A DNA stretch of 64,000 nucleotides from Eledone cirrhosa (Eukaryota): NCBI GenBank assembly GCA_964016885.1, contig OZ024753.1:26350001-26414000 (forward strand), in the 5' to 3' direction. The notes beneath the pieces are model-generated. The model was not told the DNA's origin, made no database searches, and saw only the letters and a list, made by a program, of their open reading frames with translations. Numbering within the stretch: position 1 is the first letter of the stretch; each line of letters starts with the position of its first letter. Both the position numbers and the translations under genes were made by a program. Positions 45,471 to 57,400 of the stretch are shown one piece after another.

Positions 45471-48400
45471 TTAGGGTTAGGGTAAGGGTTTGGTTTTGGG
45501 TTAGGGTTAGGGTTAGGGTTAGGGTTAGGGTTAGGTTTGGGGTTGGGGTTGGGGTTGGAGTTGGGGTTAGTGTTGCGGTTGGAGTAGGGGTTTATGTCTA
45601 AATTTGGGGTTGGGGTTTAAGTCTAAATCTAAGTTTAAGTTTACGTCTAAGTCTAAGGGTTAGGGTTTAAGTCTAAGTCTGAGGCTTAGGGTTGGGGTTT
45701 AAGTCTAAGATTTGGGGTTGGGTTTTAAATTTAAGTCTAAGGCTAGGAGTTGGGGTTCAAATCTAAGTCTAACCTTTGGGGTTGGGGTTTAAGTCTAAGT
45801 CTAAAGCTTGAAGTTGGGGTTCAAGTCGAAGGCTTGGGGTTAGGGTTTAAGTGTAAGCTTTGGGTTGAGGTTTAAGTCTTCGCCTAAGGCTTGAGGTTGG
45901 GGTTTAAGTTTAAGTCTAAGTTTAAGTTTACGTCCAGGGGTTGGGGTTTAGTCTAAGTCTAAGGGTTGAGGTTTAAGTCTAAGGGTTGAGGTTTAAGTCT
46001 AAGTCTATGTCTAAGGCTGGGGGTTGGGGTTTAAGTCTAAGTCTAAGCCTTTGGGTTGGCGTTTATGTCTAAGTCTAAGGCTTGGGGATGGGGTTTAAGT
46101 CTAAGGATTGGGGTTCGGGTTTAAGTCTAAGTCTAAGGCTAGGAGTTGGGGTTCAAATCTAAGTCTAACCTTTGGGTTTCGGGTTTAAGTCTAAGTCTAA
46201 AGCTTGCAGTTGGCGTTCATGTTTAAGTCTAAGGCTTGGGTTACGGTTTAAGTCTAAGGCTTGGTGTTGGCTTTAAGTCTAAGTCTAATGCTAGTGGTTG
46301 AGGTTTAAGTCTATGTCTATGATTTGGGGTTGGGGTTTAAATCTATGTCTAAGGCTAGGGGTTGGGGTTTAAGTCTAAGTCTAAGGCTTGCGTTTGTAGT
46401 TTAAGTCTAAGTCTAAGGGTTGGTTTAGGATTTAAGTCTAAGGTTAGGGTTTAAGTTTAAGTCTCAGGATTGGGATTGAGGTTTAAATTCTAAGTCTAAG
46501 GCTTGTGGTTTAAGTCTAATCTAAGGCTTGGGGTTAGGGTTTAAGTCTAAGTCTAAGGCTTGGGGTTGGGGTTTAAGTCTAAGGCTTGTGGTTTGGGTTT
46601 AAATCTAAAGCTTGGAGTTGGGGTTTACGTCTAAGTCTAAAGTTTGGGGTTGCGGTTTCAGTCTAAATCTAAGTTTAAGTTTAAGTCTATGTCTAAGGGT
46701 TTGGGTTTAAGTCTAAGTCTAAGTCTAAGGCTGTGGGTTGGGATTTAAGTCTAAGTCTAAGCCTTTGGGTTGGCGTTTATGTCTAAGTCTAAGGCTTGGG
46801 ATGGGGTCTAAGGCTAGGAGTTGAGGTTCAAATCTAAGTCTAACCTTGCAGTTGGCGTTCAAGTCTAAGGCTTGGGATTTGGGTTTAATTCTAAGGCTTG
46901 GTGATGGGGTTTAAGTCTAAGGCTTGGGGTTCGTGTTTAAGTCTAAGTCTAAGGCTAAGGCTTAGGGTTGGGGTTTAAATCTATGTCTAAAGGTTGAGGT
47001 TGGAATTGAAGTCTAACGCTAAGGCTTGGTGTTGGGTTTAAGTCTACGGCTTGTCGTTATGGTTTAATTCTAAAGTTTGGAATTGGGGTTTATGTCTAAG
47101 TATAATGCTAGTGGGTGGGGTTTAAGTCTAAGATTAAGAATTGGGGTTGGGGTTTAAGTCTAAGTCTAAGGCTTGGGGTTCGGGTTTAAGTCTAAGTTTA
47201 AGGCTTGGGTTGTGGTTCAAGTCTAAGTCTAAGGCTTGTGGTTGGGGTTTAAGTCTAAGGCTTGGGGTGAGGGTTTAAGTTAAAGTCTCAGGATTGGGAT
47301 TGGGGTTTAAATTCTAAGTCTAAGGTTTAAGTATAATCTAAGGCTTGGGGTTAGGTTTTAAGTCTAAGTCTAAGGCTTGGGGTTGGGGTTAAGTCTAAGG
47401 CTTGTGGTTTGGGTTTAAATCTAAGGCTTGGAGTTGGGTTTTACGTCTAAGTCTAAAGTTTGGGGTTGGGGTTTAAGTCTAAATCTAAGTTTAAGATTAT
47501 ATCTAAGTCTCAGGGTTGGGGTTTAAGTCTAAGTCTAAGGCTAGGAGTTGGGGTTCAAATCTAAGTCTAACCTTGCAGTTGGCGTTCAAGTCTAAGGCTT
47601 GGGGTTTGGGTTTAAGTCTAAGGCTTGGTGTTGGCTTTAAGTCTAAGTCTAATGCTAGTGGTTGAGGTTTAAGTCTAAGTCTATGATTTGGGGTTGGGGT
47701 TTAAATCTATGTCTAAGGGTTGGTGTTGGGGTTTAAATCTAACTCTAAGATTTGGGGTTGGGGTTTAAGTCTAAGTCTAAGGCTTGTGGTTGAGGTTTAA
47801 GTCTAAGGCTTGGGGTTCGGGTTTAAATCTTAGTCTAACTCTTGTGGTTGGGGTTTAAGTCTAAGTCAAAGGCTTGGGTTTGTGGTTTAAGTCTAAGTCT
47901 AAGGGTGGTTTTAGGATTTAAGTCTAAGGCTTGGGGTTAGGGTTTAAGTTTAAGTAACAGGATTGGGATTGAGGTTTAAATTCTAGTCTAAGGCTTGTGG
48001 TTTAAGTCTAATCTAAGGCTTGGGGTTAGGGTTTAAGTCTAAGTCTAAGGCTTGGGGTTGGGATTTAAGTCTAAGTCTTGTGGTTTGGGTTTAAATCTAA
48101 GGCTTGGAGTTGGGGGTACGTCTAAGTCTAACCTTTGTGGTTGGGGTTTAAGTCTAAGTCTAAGGGTTGGTTTAGGATTTAAGTCTAAGGCTTGGGGCTA
48201 GGGTTTAAGTTTAAGTCTCAGGATTGGGATTGAGGTTTAAATTCTAAGTCTAAGGCTTGTGGTTTAAGTCTAATCTTAGGCTTGGGGTTAGGGTTTAAGT
48301 CTAAGTCTAAGGCTTGGGGTTGGGGTTTAAATCTAAGGCTTGGAGTTGGGGGTACGTCTAAGTCTAACCTTTGGGGTTGGTGTTTGAGTCTAAGTCTAAA

Positions 48401-51400
48401 TCTCTAAGGCTTGGGGTTGGGATTTAAGTTTTAGTCTAATGCTTGGGGTTAGGGTTTAAGTGTAAGCTTTGGGTTGGGGTTTAAGTCTACGCCTAAGGCT
48501 TGAGGTGGGATTTAAGTCTAAGTCTAAGTTTAAGTTTACGTCTAAGGCTAGCGGTTGGGGTTTAGTCTAAGTCTAAGTGTTGGGGTTTAAGTCTAAGTCT
48601 AAGGCTGGGGGTTGGGGTTTAAGTCTAAGTCTAAGCCTTTGGGTTGGCGTTTATGTCTACGTCTAAGGCTTGGTGATGGGGTTTAAGTCTAAGGCTTGGG
48701 GTTCGTGTTTAAGTCTAAGTCTAAGGCTAAGACTTAGGGTTGGGGTTTAAATCTATGTCTAAAGGTTTAGGTTGGGTTTAAGTCTAACTCTAAGGTTTGG
48801 TGTTGGGTTTAAGTCTACGGCTTGTGGTTATAGTTTAATTCTAAGGCTTGGAATTGGGGTTTATGTCTAAGGCTTGGAATTGGGGTTTATGTCTAGTGGA
48901 TGGGGTTTAAGTCTAAGACTAAGAATTGGGGTTGGGGTTTAAGTCTAAGTCTAAGGCTTGGGGTTAGGTTTTACGTCTAAGTCTAAAGTTTGGGGTTGGG
49001 GTTTAAGTCTAAATCTAAGTTTAAGATTATATCTAAGTTTAAGGGATGGGTTTTAAGTCAAAGTCTGAGGCTTGGGTTGGGGTTTAAGTCTAAGTCTAAG
49101 GCTAGGAGTTGGGGTTCAAATCTAAGTCTAACCTTTGGGGTTGGGGTTTAAGTCTAAGTCTAAGTGTAAGGCTGGGGGTTGGGGTTTAAGTCTAAGTCTA
49201 AGCCTTTGGGTTGGCGTTTATGTCTAAGTCTAGGGCTTTGGGTTACGGTTTAAGTCTAAGGCTTGGTGTTCGCTTTAAGTCTAAGTCTAATGCTAGTGGT
49301 TGAGGTTTAAGTCTAAGTTTAAGGCTTAGGTTTGGGGTTTAAATCTATGTCTAAGGGTTGGTGTTGGGGTTTAAATATAACTCTAAGATTTGGGGTTGGG
49401 GTTTAAGTCTAAGTCTAAGGCTTGTGGTTGGGGTTTAAATCTAAGGCTTGGTGTTCGGGTTTAAATCTAAGTCTAAGTCTTGTGGTTGGGGTTTAAGTCT
49501 AAGTCTAAGGCTTGGGTTTGTGGTTTAAGTCTAAGTCTAAGGGTTGGTTTAGGATTTAAGTCTAAGACTTGGGGTTAGATTTTAAGTTTAAGTCTCAGGA
49601 CTGGGATTGAGGTTTAAATTCTAAGTCTAAGGCTTGTGGTTTATGTCTAATCTAAGGCTTGCGGTTAGGGTTTAAGTCTAAGTCTAAGGCATGGGTCGGG
49701 GTTTAAGTCTAAGGCTTGTGGTTTGGGTTTAAATCTAAGGCTTGGAGTTGGGGTTTACGTCTAAGTCTAAAGTTTGCGGTTGGGGTTTAAGTCTAAGTCT
49801 AAAGCTTGAAGTTGGGGTTCAAGTCTAGGGCTTGGGGTTGGTGTTTAAATTTAAGTCTAAGGCTAAGAGTTGGGGTTCAAATCTAAGTCTAACCTTTGGG
49901 GTTGGGGTTTAAGTCTAAGTCTAAAGCTTGAAGTTGGGGTTCAAGTCTAAGGCTTGGGGTTAGGGTTTAAGTGTAAGCTTTGGGTTGGGCTTTAAGTTTA
50001 CGCCTAAGGCTTGAGGTTGGGGTTTAAGTCTAAGTCTAAGTTTAAGTTTACGTCTAAGGCTAGGGGTTGGGGTTTAAGTCTAAGTCTAAGTCTAAGGCTG
50101 GAGGTTGGGGTTTAAGTCTAAGTCTAAGCCTTTGGGTTGGCATTTATGTCTAAGTCTAAGGCTTGGTGATGGGGTTTAAGTCTAAGGCTTGGGGTTCGTG
50201 TTTAAGTCTAAGTCTAACGCTAAGGCTTAGGGTTGGGGTTTAAATCTATGTCTAAATGTTGAGGTTGGGGTTTAAGTCCAACTCTAATGCTTGGTGTTGG
50301 GTTTAAATCTACGGCTTGTGGTTATGGTTTAATTCTAAAGCTCGGAATTGGGGTTTATGTCTAAGTCTAATGCTAGTGGGTGGGGTTTAACTCTAAGACT
50401 AAGAATTGGGGTTGGGTTTTAAGTCTAAATCCAAGGCTTGGGTTTCGGGTTTAAGTCTAAGTCTAAGGCTTGGGGTTGTGGTTTATATCTAAGTCTAAGA
50501 TTTGTGGTTGTGGTTTAAGTCTAATGGCTTGGGGTTCGGGTTCAAATCTAAGTCTAAGTCTTGTGGTTGGGGTTTCAATCTAAGTCTGAGGCTTGGGTTT
50601 GTGGTTTAAGTCTGAGTCTAACGGTTGGTTTAGGATTTAAGTCTAAGGCTTGGGTTTAGGGTTTAAGTTAAAGTCTCAGGATTGGGATTGGGGTTTAAAT
50701 TCTAAGTCTAAGGCTTGTGGTTTAAGTATAATCTAAGGCTTGGGGTTAGGGTTTAAGTCTAAGTCTAAGGGTTGGGGTTTAAGTCTAAGGCTTGTGGTTT
50801 GGGTTTAAATCTAAGGCTAGGAGTTGGGTTTTACGTCTATGTCTAAAGTTTGGGGTTGGGATTTAAGTATAAATCTAAGTTTAAGATTATATCTATGTCT
50901 AAGGGTTGGGGTTTAAGTCTAAGTCTGAGGTTTGGGGTTCGGGTTTAAGTGTAAGCTTTGGGTTGGGGTTTAAGTCTACGCCTAAGGCTTGAGGTTGGGG
51001 TTTAAGTCTAAGTCTAAGTTTAAGTTTACGTCTAAGTCTAAGGGTTGGGGTTTAAGTCTAAGTCTGAGGCTTGGGGTTGGGGTTTAAGTCAAAGTCTAAG
51101 GCTTGGGGTTAGGGTTTAAGTCTAATGCTTGGGGCTAGGGTTTAAGTCTAAGTAGAAGGCTTGAGGTTAGGGTTTAATTGTAAGCTTTGTGTTGGGGTTT
51201 AAGTCTACGCTTAAGGCTTGAGGTTGGGGTTTAAGTCTAAGTCTAAGTTTATGTTTACGTCTAAGGCTAGGGGTTGGGGTTTAGTGTAAGTCTAGGGTTG
51301 AAGTTTAAGTCTAAGTCTAAGTCTAAGGATGGGGGTTGGGGTTTAAGTCTAAGTCTAAGCCTTTGGGTTTGGTGTATATGTCTAAGTCTAAGGCTTGGGA

Positions 51401-54400
51401 ATGGGGTTTAAGTCTAAGGCTTGGGGTTCGGGTTTAAGTCTAAGTCTAAGGCTTGGAGTTTGCGCTTAAGTCTAATCCTTAGGCTTGGTGTTGGTGTTTA
51501 AGTCAAGGTCTAAAGCTTGAGGTTTAAGTATAATCTAAGGTTTGGGGTTAGGGTTTAAGCCTAAGTCTAAGGCTTGGGGTTGGGGTTTAAGTCTAAGGCT
51601 TGTGGAGTTGGGTTTGACGTCTAAGTCTAAAGTTTGGGGTTTAAGTCTAAGTCTGATGCTTGGGGTTGGGGTTTAAGTCTAAGTCTAAGACATGGGGTTG
51701 GGGTTCAAGTCTAAGTCTAAGGCTTGGGGTTGGGGTTTAAGTCTAAGTCTAATTCTAATGGTTGGGGTTTAAGTCTAAGTCTAAGGCTTAATGTTGGGGT
51801 TTAAGTCTAAGTCTAAGGCTTTGGTTTAGGGTTAGTGTCTATGTCTAAGGCTTGAAGTTTGGGTTTAAGTCTAAGTCTAAGTCTTGGAGTTGGGGTTTAA
51901 ATTTACGTCTAAGGCTAGGGGTTGGGGTGTAAGTCTAAGTCTAAGCTTGGGGTTGGGGTTTAAATCTAAGTCTAAGCCTTGTGGTTGGGGTTTAATTCTA
52001 AGTTTAAGTGTTGTGGTTAGGGTTTAAGTCTAAGGCCTGGAGTTTGGTTTTACGTCTAAGTCTAAGGCTTGGGGTTGGGGTTTAAGTTTAAGTCTAAAGC
52101 TTCCGTTTGGGGTTTAAGTCTAATTCTAAGGCTTTGGGTAGAGGGTTAAGTCTATGACTAAGGCTTGGGGTTGCGGTTTAAATCTAAGTCTTATGCTTGT
52201 GGTTGGGGTTCAAGTCTAAGTCTAACGCTTGCGCTTGGGCTTCAAGTCTAACTCTAAGGCTTGGGCTTGGGGTGTAAGTCTAAGACTAAGGCTTGTGGTT
52301 GGGGTTTAAATCTATGTCTGAGGCTTGGGGTTTAAGTCTAAGTCTAAAGCTTAATGTTGGGGATTAAGTTTAAGTCTAAAGCTTGGGTTCGGGTTTAAGT
52401 TTAATTCTAAGGCTTGGGGTTTAGGTTTAAGTCTAATTCTAAGGCCTGGGGTTGGTATTTAAATCTAAGTCTAAGGCTTGGGGTTGGTGTTTAAGTTTAA
52501 GTCTAAGGCTAGGAGTTGGTGTTTAAGTCAAAGTTTAAGGCTTGGGGCTGGGGTTTATGTCTAAGGCTTATGGTTATGGTTTAATTCTGAGGCTTGGAGT
52601 TGGGGTTTAAGTCTAAGTCTAATGCTAGTGGTTGGGGTTTAAGCCTAAGTCTAAGGCTTGAGGTTGGGTTTTAAATCTATATTTATGGCTTGGGGTTTAA
52701 ATCTAAGTCTAAGGTTTAAGGTTGGGGATTAAGTCTACGTATAAGACTTGTGGTTGGGTTTTATGTCGAAGTCTAAACTTGGGGTTGGGGTTTAAGTCTA
52801 TGTCTAAGACTTGGGATTGGGGTTTAAGTGTAAGTCTAAGGCTTGGTGTTGGGGTTTAAGTCCAAGTCTAAGGCTTTGGGTTGGGGTTTAAGTTTACGGG
52901 TTGGGCTAAGGCTTGGGGTTGGCTTTAGGTTGTAAGTCTAAAGCTTGTTATTAGGGTTTAATTCTAAGGCTTGGGGTTGTGGTTTAAGTCTATGTATAAG
53001 GCTTGGTGTTGGTGTTTAAATCTAAGTCTAAGTCTTGGAGTTGGTATTTAAGTCTAAGTCTATGTTTTGGGGTTGGGGTCTAAGTCTTATGCTTGTGGTT
53101 GGGGTTCAAGTCTAAGTCTAACGCTTGTGCTTGGGCTTCAAGTCTAACTCTAAGGTTGGGCTTGGGGTTTAAGTCTAAGTCTAAGGCTTGTGGTTGGGGT
53201 TTAAATCTATGTCTAAGGCTTGGGGTTTAAGTCTACGTCTAAAGCTTAATGTTGGGGATTAAGTCTATGTCTAAGGCTTAAGGTTGGGGTTTATGTCTAA
53301 GTCTAAGACTTGGGGTAGGGTTTAAGTCTAAATCGAAAGCTTGGGGTTAGGGTGTAAGTGTAAGTCTAAGGCTTGGATTTGGGGTTTAAGTCTAAGTCTA
53401 AGGCTGGGGGTTGGAGTTTAAGTCTAAGTCTAAGCCTTTGGGTTGGCGTTTATGTCTACCTCTAAGGCTTGGGTTGGGGTTTAAGCCTAAATCTAAATCT
53501 TGGGGTTGGGCTTTAAGTTTAAGTCTAAGGCTAGGAGTTAGGGTTCAAGTTTAAGTCTAAGGCTTGGTGTTTGGGTTTAAGTCTAAGTCTTAGGCTTATA
53601 ATTGGGGTTTAAGTCTAAGTCTACGACTTTGGGTTTGGGTTTAAGTCTAAGTCTAAGTTTAGGGGTTGGGGTTTAAGTTTACGTCTAAAGCTAGGGATTG
53701 TGGTTTAAATCTAAGCCTAAGCTTGTGTTTATGGTTCAATGCTAAGGCTTGTAGTTGGGGATTACGCCTAAGTCTAAAGCTTAGGGTTGGGGTTTAAGTC
53801 TAAATCTGTGGATTAAGGTTGGGGTTTAAATCTATGTCTATGTCTTGGGGTTTAAGTCTAAGTCTGAGGCTTAAGGTTTGGGTTTAAGTCTAAGTCTAAG
53901 GCTTGGTGTTGTGGTTTGGGGTACGGATTTAAGTCTAATTCTAAGGCTTGTGGTTGGGGTTTAAGTCTAAATCTAAGGCTTGGTGTTGGGGTGTATGTCT
54001 AAGTCTAAGGCTTGGATTTCGGGTTTAAGTCTAAGTCTAAGGCTTGGGGTTGGGGTTTAAGTCAAGGTCTAAGGCTTGGGTTTGGGGTTTAAGTCTAAGT
54101 CTAAGGCTTGGGTTTGGGGTTTAAGTCTAAGCCTAAGGCTTGGGCTTGGGGTTTAAGTCTAGGTCTAAGACTTGGGATTGGGGTTTAAGTGTAAGTCTAA
54201 GGCTTGGGTTGGGGTTTAAGTCTAAGTCTAAGGCTTTGGGTTGGGGTTTAAGTTTACGGGTTGGGCTAAGGCTTGGGGTTGGCTTTAAGTTGCAAGTCTA
54301 AAGCTTGTTATTAGGGTTTAATTCTAAGACTTGGGGTTGTGGTTTAAGTCTAGGTCTAAGGCTTGGGTTTGGGGTTTAAGTCTAAGTCTAAGGCTTGGGT

Positions 54401-57400
54401 TTGGGTTTTAAGTCTAAGCCTAAGGCTTGGGGTTGGGGTTTAAGTCTAAGTCTTGTGGTTGGGGTTTAAATCTAAGGGTTAGGATTTAAATCTAAGGATG
54501 AGTGTTGGGGTTTAAGGCTAAGTCTAATGCTTGTGGTTGTGGTTTATGTCTAAGTCTAAGGCATGGGGTTAGGGTTTAAGTCTAAGTCTAAGGCTTGGGG
54601 TTAGGATGTGAGTATAAATATAATGCTTGGCGTTAGGGTTTAAGTCTAAGTCTAAGGCTTGTGCTTGGGGTATAAGGCTAATTCTAAGGATAAGGTTGGG
54701 GTTCGGGTTTAAGTCTAATTGTTGTGGTTAGGATTTAATTCTAAGGCTTGGAGTTGGGGTTTACGTCTAAGTCTAAAGCTTGGGGTTGGGGTTTAAGTCT
54801 ATGTCTAAGGCTTGGGGTTGGAGTTTAAGTCTAAGTCTAAGGCTATGCGTTGGGGTTTAAGACTACGTCTAAGGCCTGGGGTTGGTATTTAAATCTAAGT
54901 CTAAGGCTTAGGGTGGAGGTTTAAGTCTAAGTCTAAGGCTTGGGGTTGGGTTTAAGTTTAAGTCTAAGGCTAGGAGTTGGTGTTTAAGTCAAAGTCTAAG
55001 GCCTGGGATTGGGGTTTATGTCTAATGCTTGTGGCTATGGTTTAATTCTGAGGCTTGGAGTTGGGGTTTAAGTCTAAGTCTAATGCTAGTGGTTGGGGTT
55101 TAAGTCTAAGTCTAAGGCTTGGGGTTGGTGTTCAAGCCTAAGTCTATGGCTTTGGGTTGGGGTTTAAGTCTAATGCTTGGGGGTTGGGGTTTAAGCCTAA
55201 GTCTAAAGCTTGGGGTTGGGTTTTGAGTGTAAGGCTTGGGGTTAGGGTTTATGTCTAAGTCTTGGTGTTTGGGATTATGTCTATGACTAAGCCTTTGGGT
55301 TGTGGTTTAAGTCTAAGTCTAAGATCTGGGGTTGGTATTTAAATCTAAGTCTAAGGCTTGGGGTCGAGGTTTAAGTGTAAGTCTAAGGCTTGGGGTTGGT
55401 GTTCAAGTCTACGTCTAAGGCTTTGTGTTGGGGTTCAAGTCTACGTCTAAGGCTTGAGGTTGGGGTTTAAATCTATGTCTATGGCTTGGGGTTTAAATCT
55501 AAGTATAAGGCTTAAGGTTGGGTTTAAATCTAAGTCTATGGCTTCTGTTTGGGTTTTATGTCGAAGTCTCAACTTGGGGTCGGGGTATAAGTCTAAGTCT
55601 AAGGCTTGGGGTTGGGGTTTAAGTCTAAGTCTAAGTTTTGGAGTTGGGGTTTAAGTCTAAGTCTTAGCCTTGGTGTTGGGGTTTAAGTCTAAGTTTAAGG
55701 CTTGTGGTTGGGGTTTAAGTCTAATTCTAAGGCTTTGGGTTGAAGTTTAAGTTTACGGATTGGGCTAATGCTTGGGGTTGGGGTTAGGTTGTAAGTCTAA
55801 GGCTTGTTATTAGGGTTTAATTCTAAGGCTTAGGGTTGTGGTTTAAGTCTAAGTCTAAGGCTGGCGGTTGAGGTTTAAATCTAAGTCTAAGCCTTTGGGT
55901 TGGCGTTTATGTCTGCGTCTAAGGCTTGGGGTTGGGGTTTAAGTCTAAATCTAAGGCTTGGGGTTGGGGTTTAAGTGTAAGTCTAAAGCTAGGAGTTGGG
56001 GTTCAAGTCTAAGTCTAAGGCTTGGTGTTTGGGTTTAAGTCTAAATCTAAGGCGTGTGGTTGGGGTTTAAATCTATGTCTAAGGCTTGGGGTTTAAATCT
56101 AAGTCTAAGGCTTAAGGTTGGGGTTTAAGTCTACGTCTAAGGCGTGTGGTTGGGTTTTATGTCGAAGTCAAAACATGTGGTTGGGGTTTAAGTCTATGTC
56201 TAAGGTTTGGGATTGGGGTTTAAGTCTAAGTCTAAGGCTTTGTGTTGGTGTTTAAGTTTACCTGTTGGGCTAAGACTTGGGTTTGGGGTTAGGTTGTAAG
56301 TCTAAAGTTTGTTATTAGGGTTTAATTCTAAGGCTTGGGGTTTTGGTTTAAGTCTATGTATAAGGCTTGGGGTTGGGTTTAATTCTAAGTCTAAGGCTTT
56401 GGTTTGGGGTTAGTGTCTACATCTAAGGCTTGAGGTTGGGGTTTAAATCTAAGTCTAAGTCTTTGTGTTGGGGTTTAAGTTTACGTCTAAGGTAAGGGGT
56501 TGGTGTGTATGTCTAAATCTAAGGCATGGGGTTGGGGTTTAAGTCTCAGTCTAAGGCTTGGGGTTGGGGTTTAAGTCCAAGTGTTGGGGTTGGGATTTAA
56601 GTCTATGTCTAAGGTTGGGGTTTAAATCTAAGTCTAATGCTAGTGGTTGGGTTTTAAGTCTAAGTCTAAGGCTTGGGGTTGGGGTTTAAATCTATGTCTA
56701 AGTCTTGTGGTTGGTGTTTACGTCTAAGTCTCAGGATTGGGATTGGGGTTTAAAAATCTAAGTCTAAGGCTTGTGGTTGGGGTTTCAGTCTAAATCTAAT
56801 GGTTGGGATTTAAGTCTAAATCTGAGGCTTAGGGTTGGGGTTTAAGTCTAAGTCTAAGGCTAGGAGTTGGGGTTCAAATCTAAGTCTAACCTTTGGGATT
56901 GGAGTTTAATTCTAAGTCTAAAGCTTGTAGTTGGGGTTCAAGTCTAAGTCTAAGGCTTGATTTTGGGGTTTAAGTCTAGTCTAATTTTAAGTTTACGTCT
57001 AAGTCTAAGGGTTGGGGTTTAAGTCTAAGTTTGAGGCTTGGGGTTGGGGTTTAAGTCTAAGTCTAAGGCTTTGGGTTGGGGTTAAAGTCTAAGTCTAAGG
57101 CTTGTGGTTAGGGTTTAGGTCTAAGTTTAGGGGTTGAGGTTTAAGTTTACGTCTAAATCTAGGGGTTGGGGTTTAGTCTAAGTCTAAGGCTTTGGGTTGG
57201 GGTTTAAGTCTATGTCTAAGGCTTGGCGTTTGGGTTTAAGTCTAAGGCTTGAGTTTATGGTTTAATTCTAAGGCTTGTAGTTGGGGATTACGTCTAAGTC
57301 TAAAGCTTGGGGTTGGGATTTAAGTCTAAGTCCAAGGCTTGAGGTTGGGGTTTAAATCTATGTCTATGTCTTAGGGTTTAAGTCTAAGTCTGAGGCTTAA

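Larger units (their letters stand above)
28848..54166. repeat. 25,319-bp segmental tandem duplication, copy 2
   Basis: Collinear with 3523-28847; differs by at least 6 substitutions and one CCCTAA unit (spot checks, not exhaustive). Confidence 0.97.

Noticed and set aside
3523-54537. LTR retrotransposon (X as LTR), telomeric retroelement or integrated herpesvirus with telomeric repeats
   Set aside because: No RT, integrase or viral ORFs, no TG...CA ends or PBS; X is ordinary satellite sequence at its native site.
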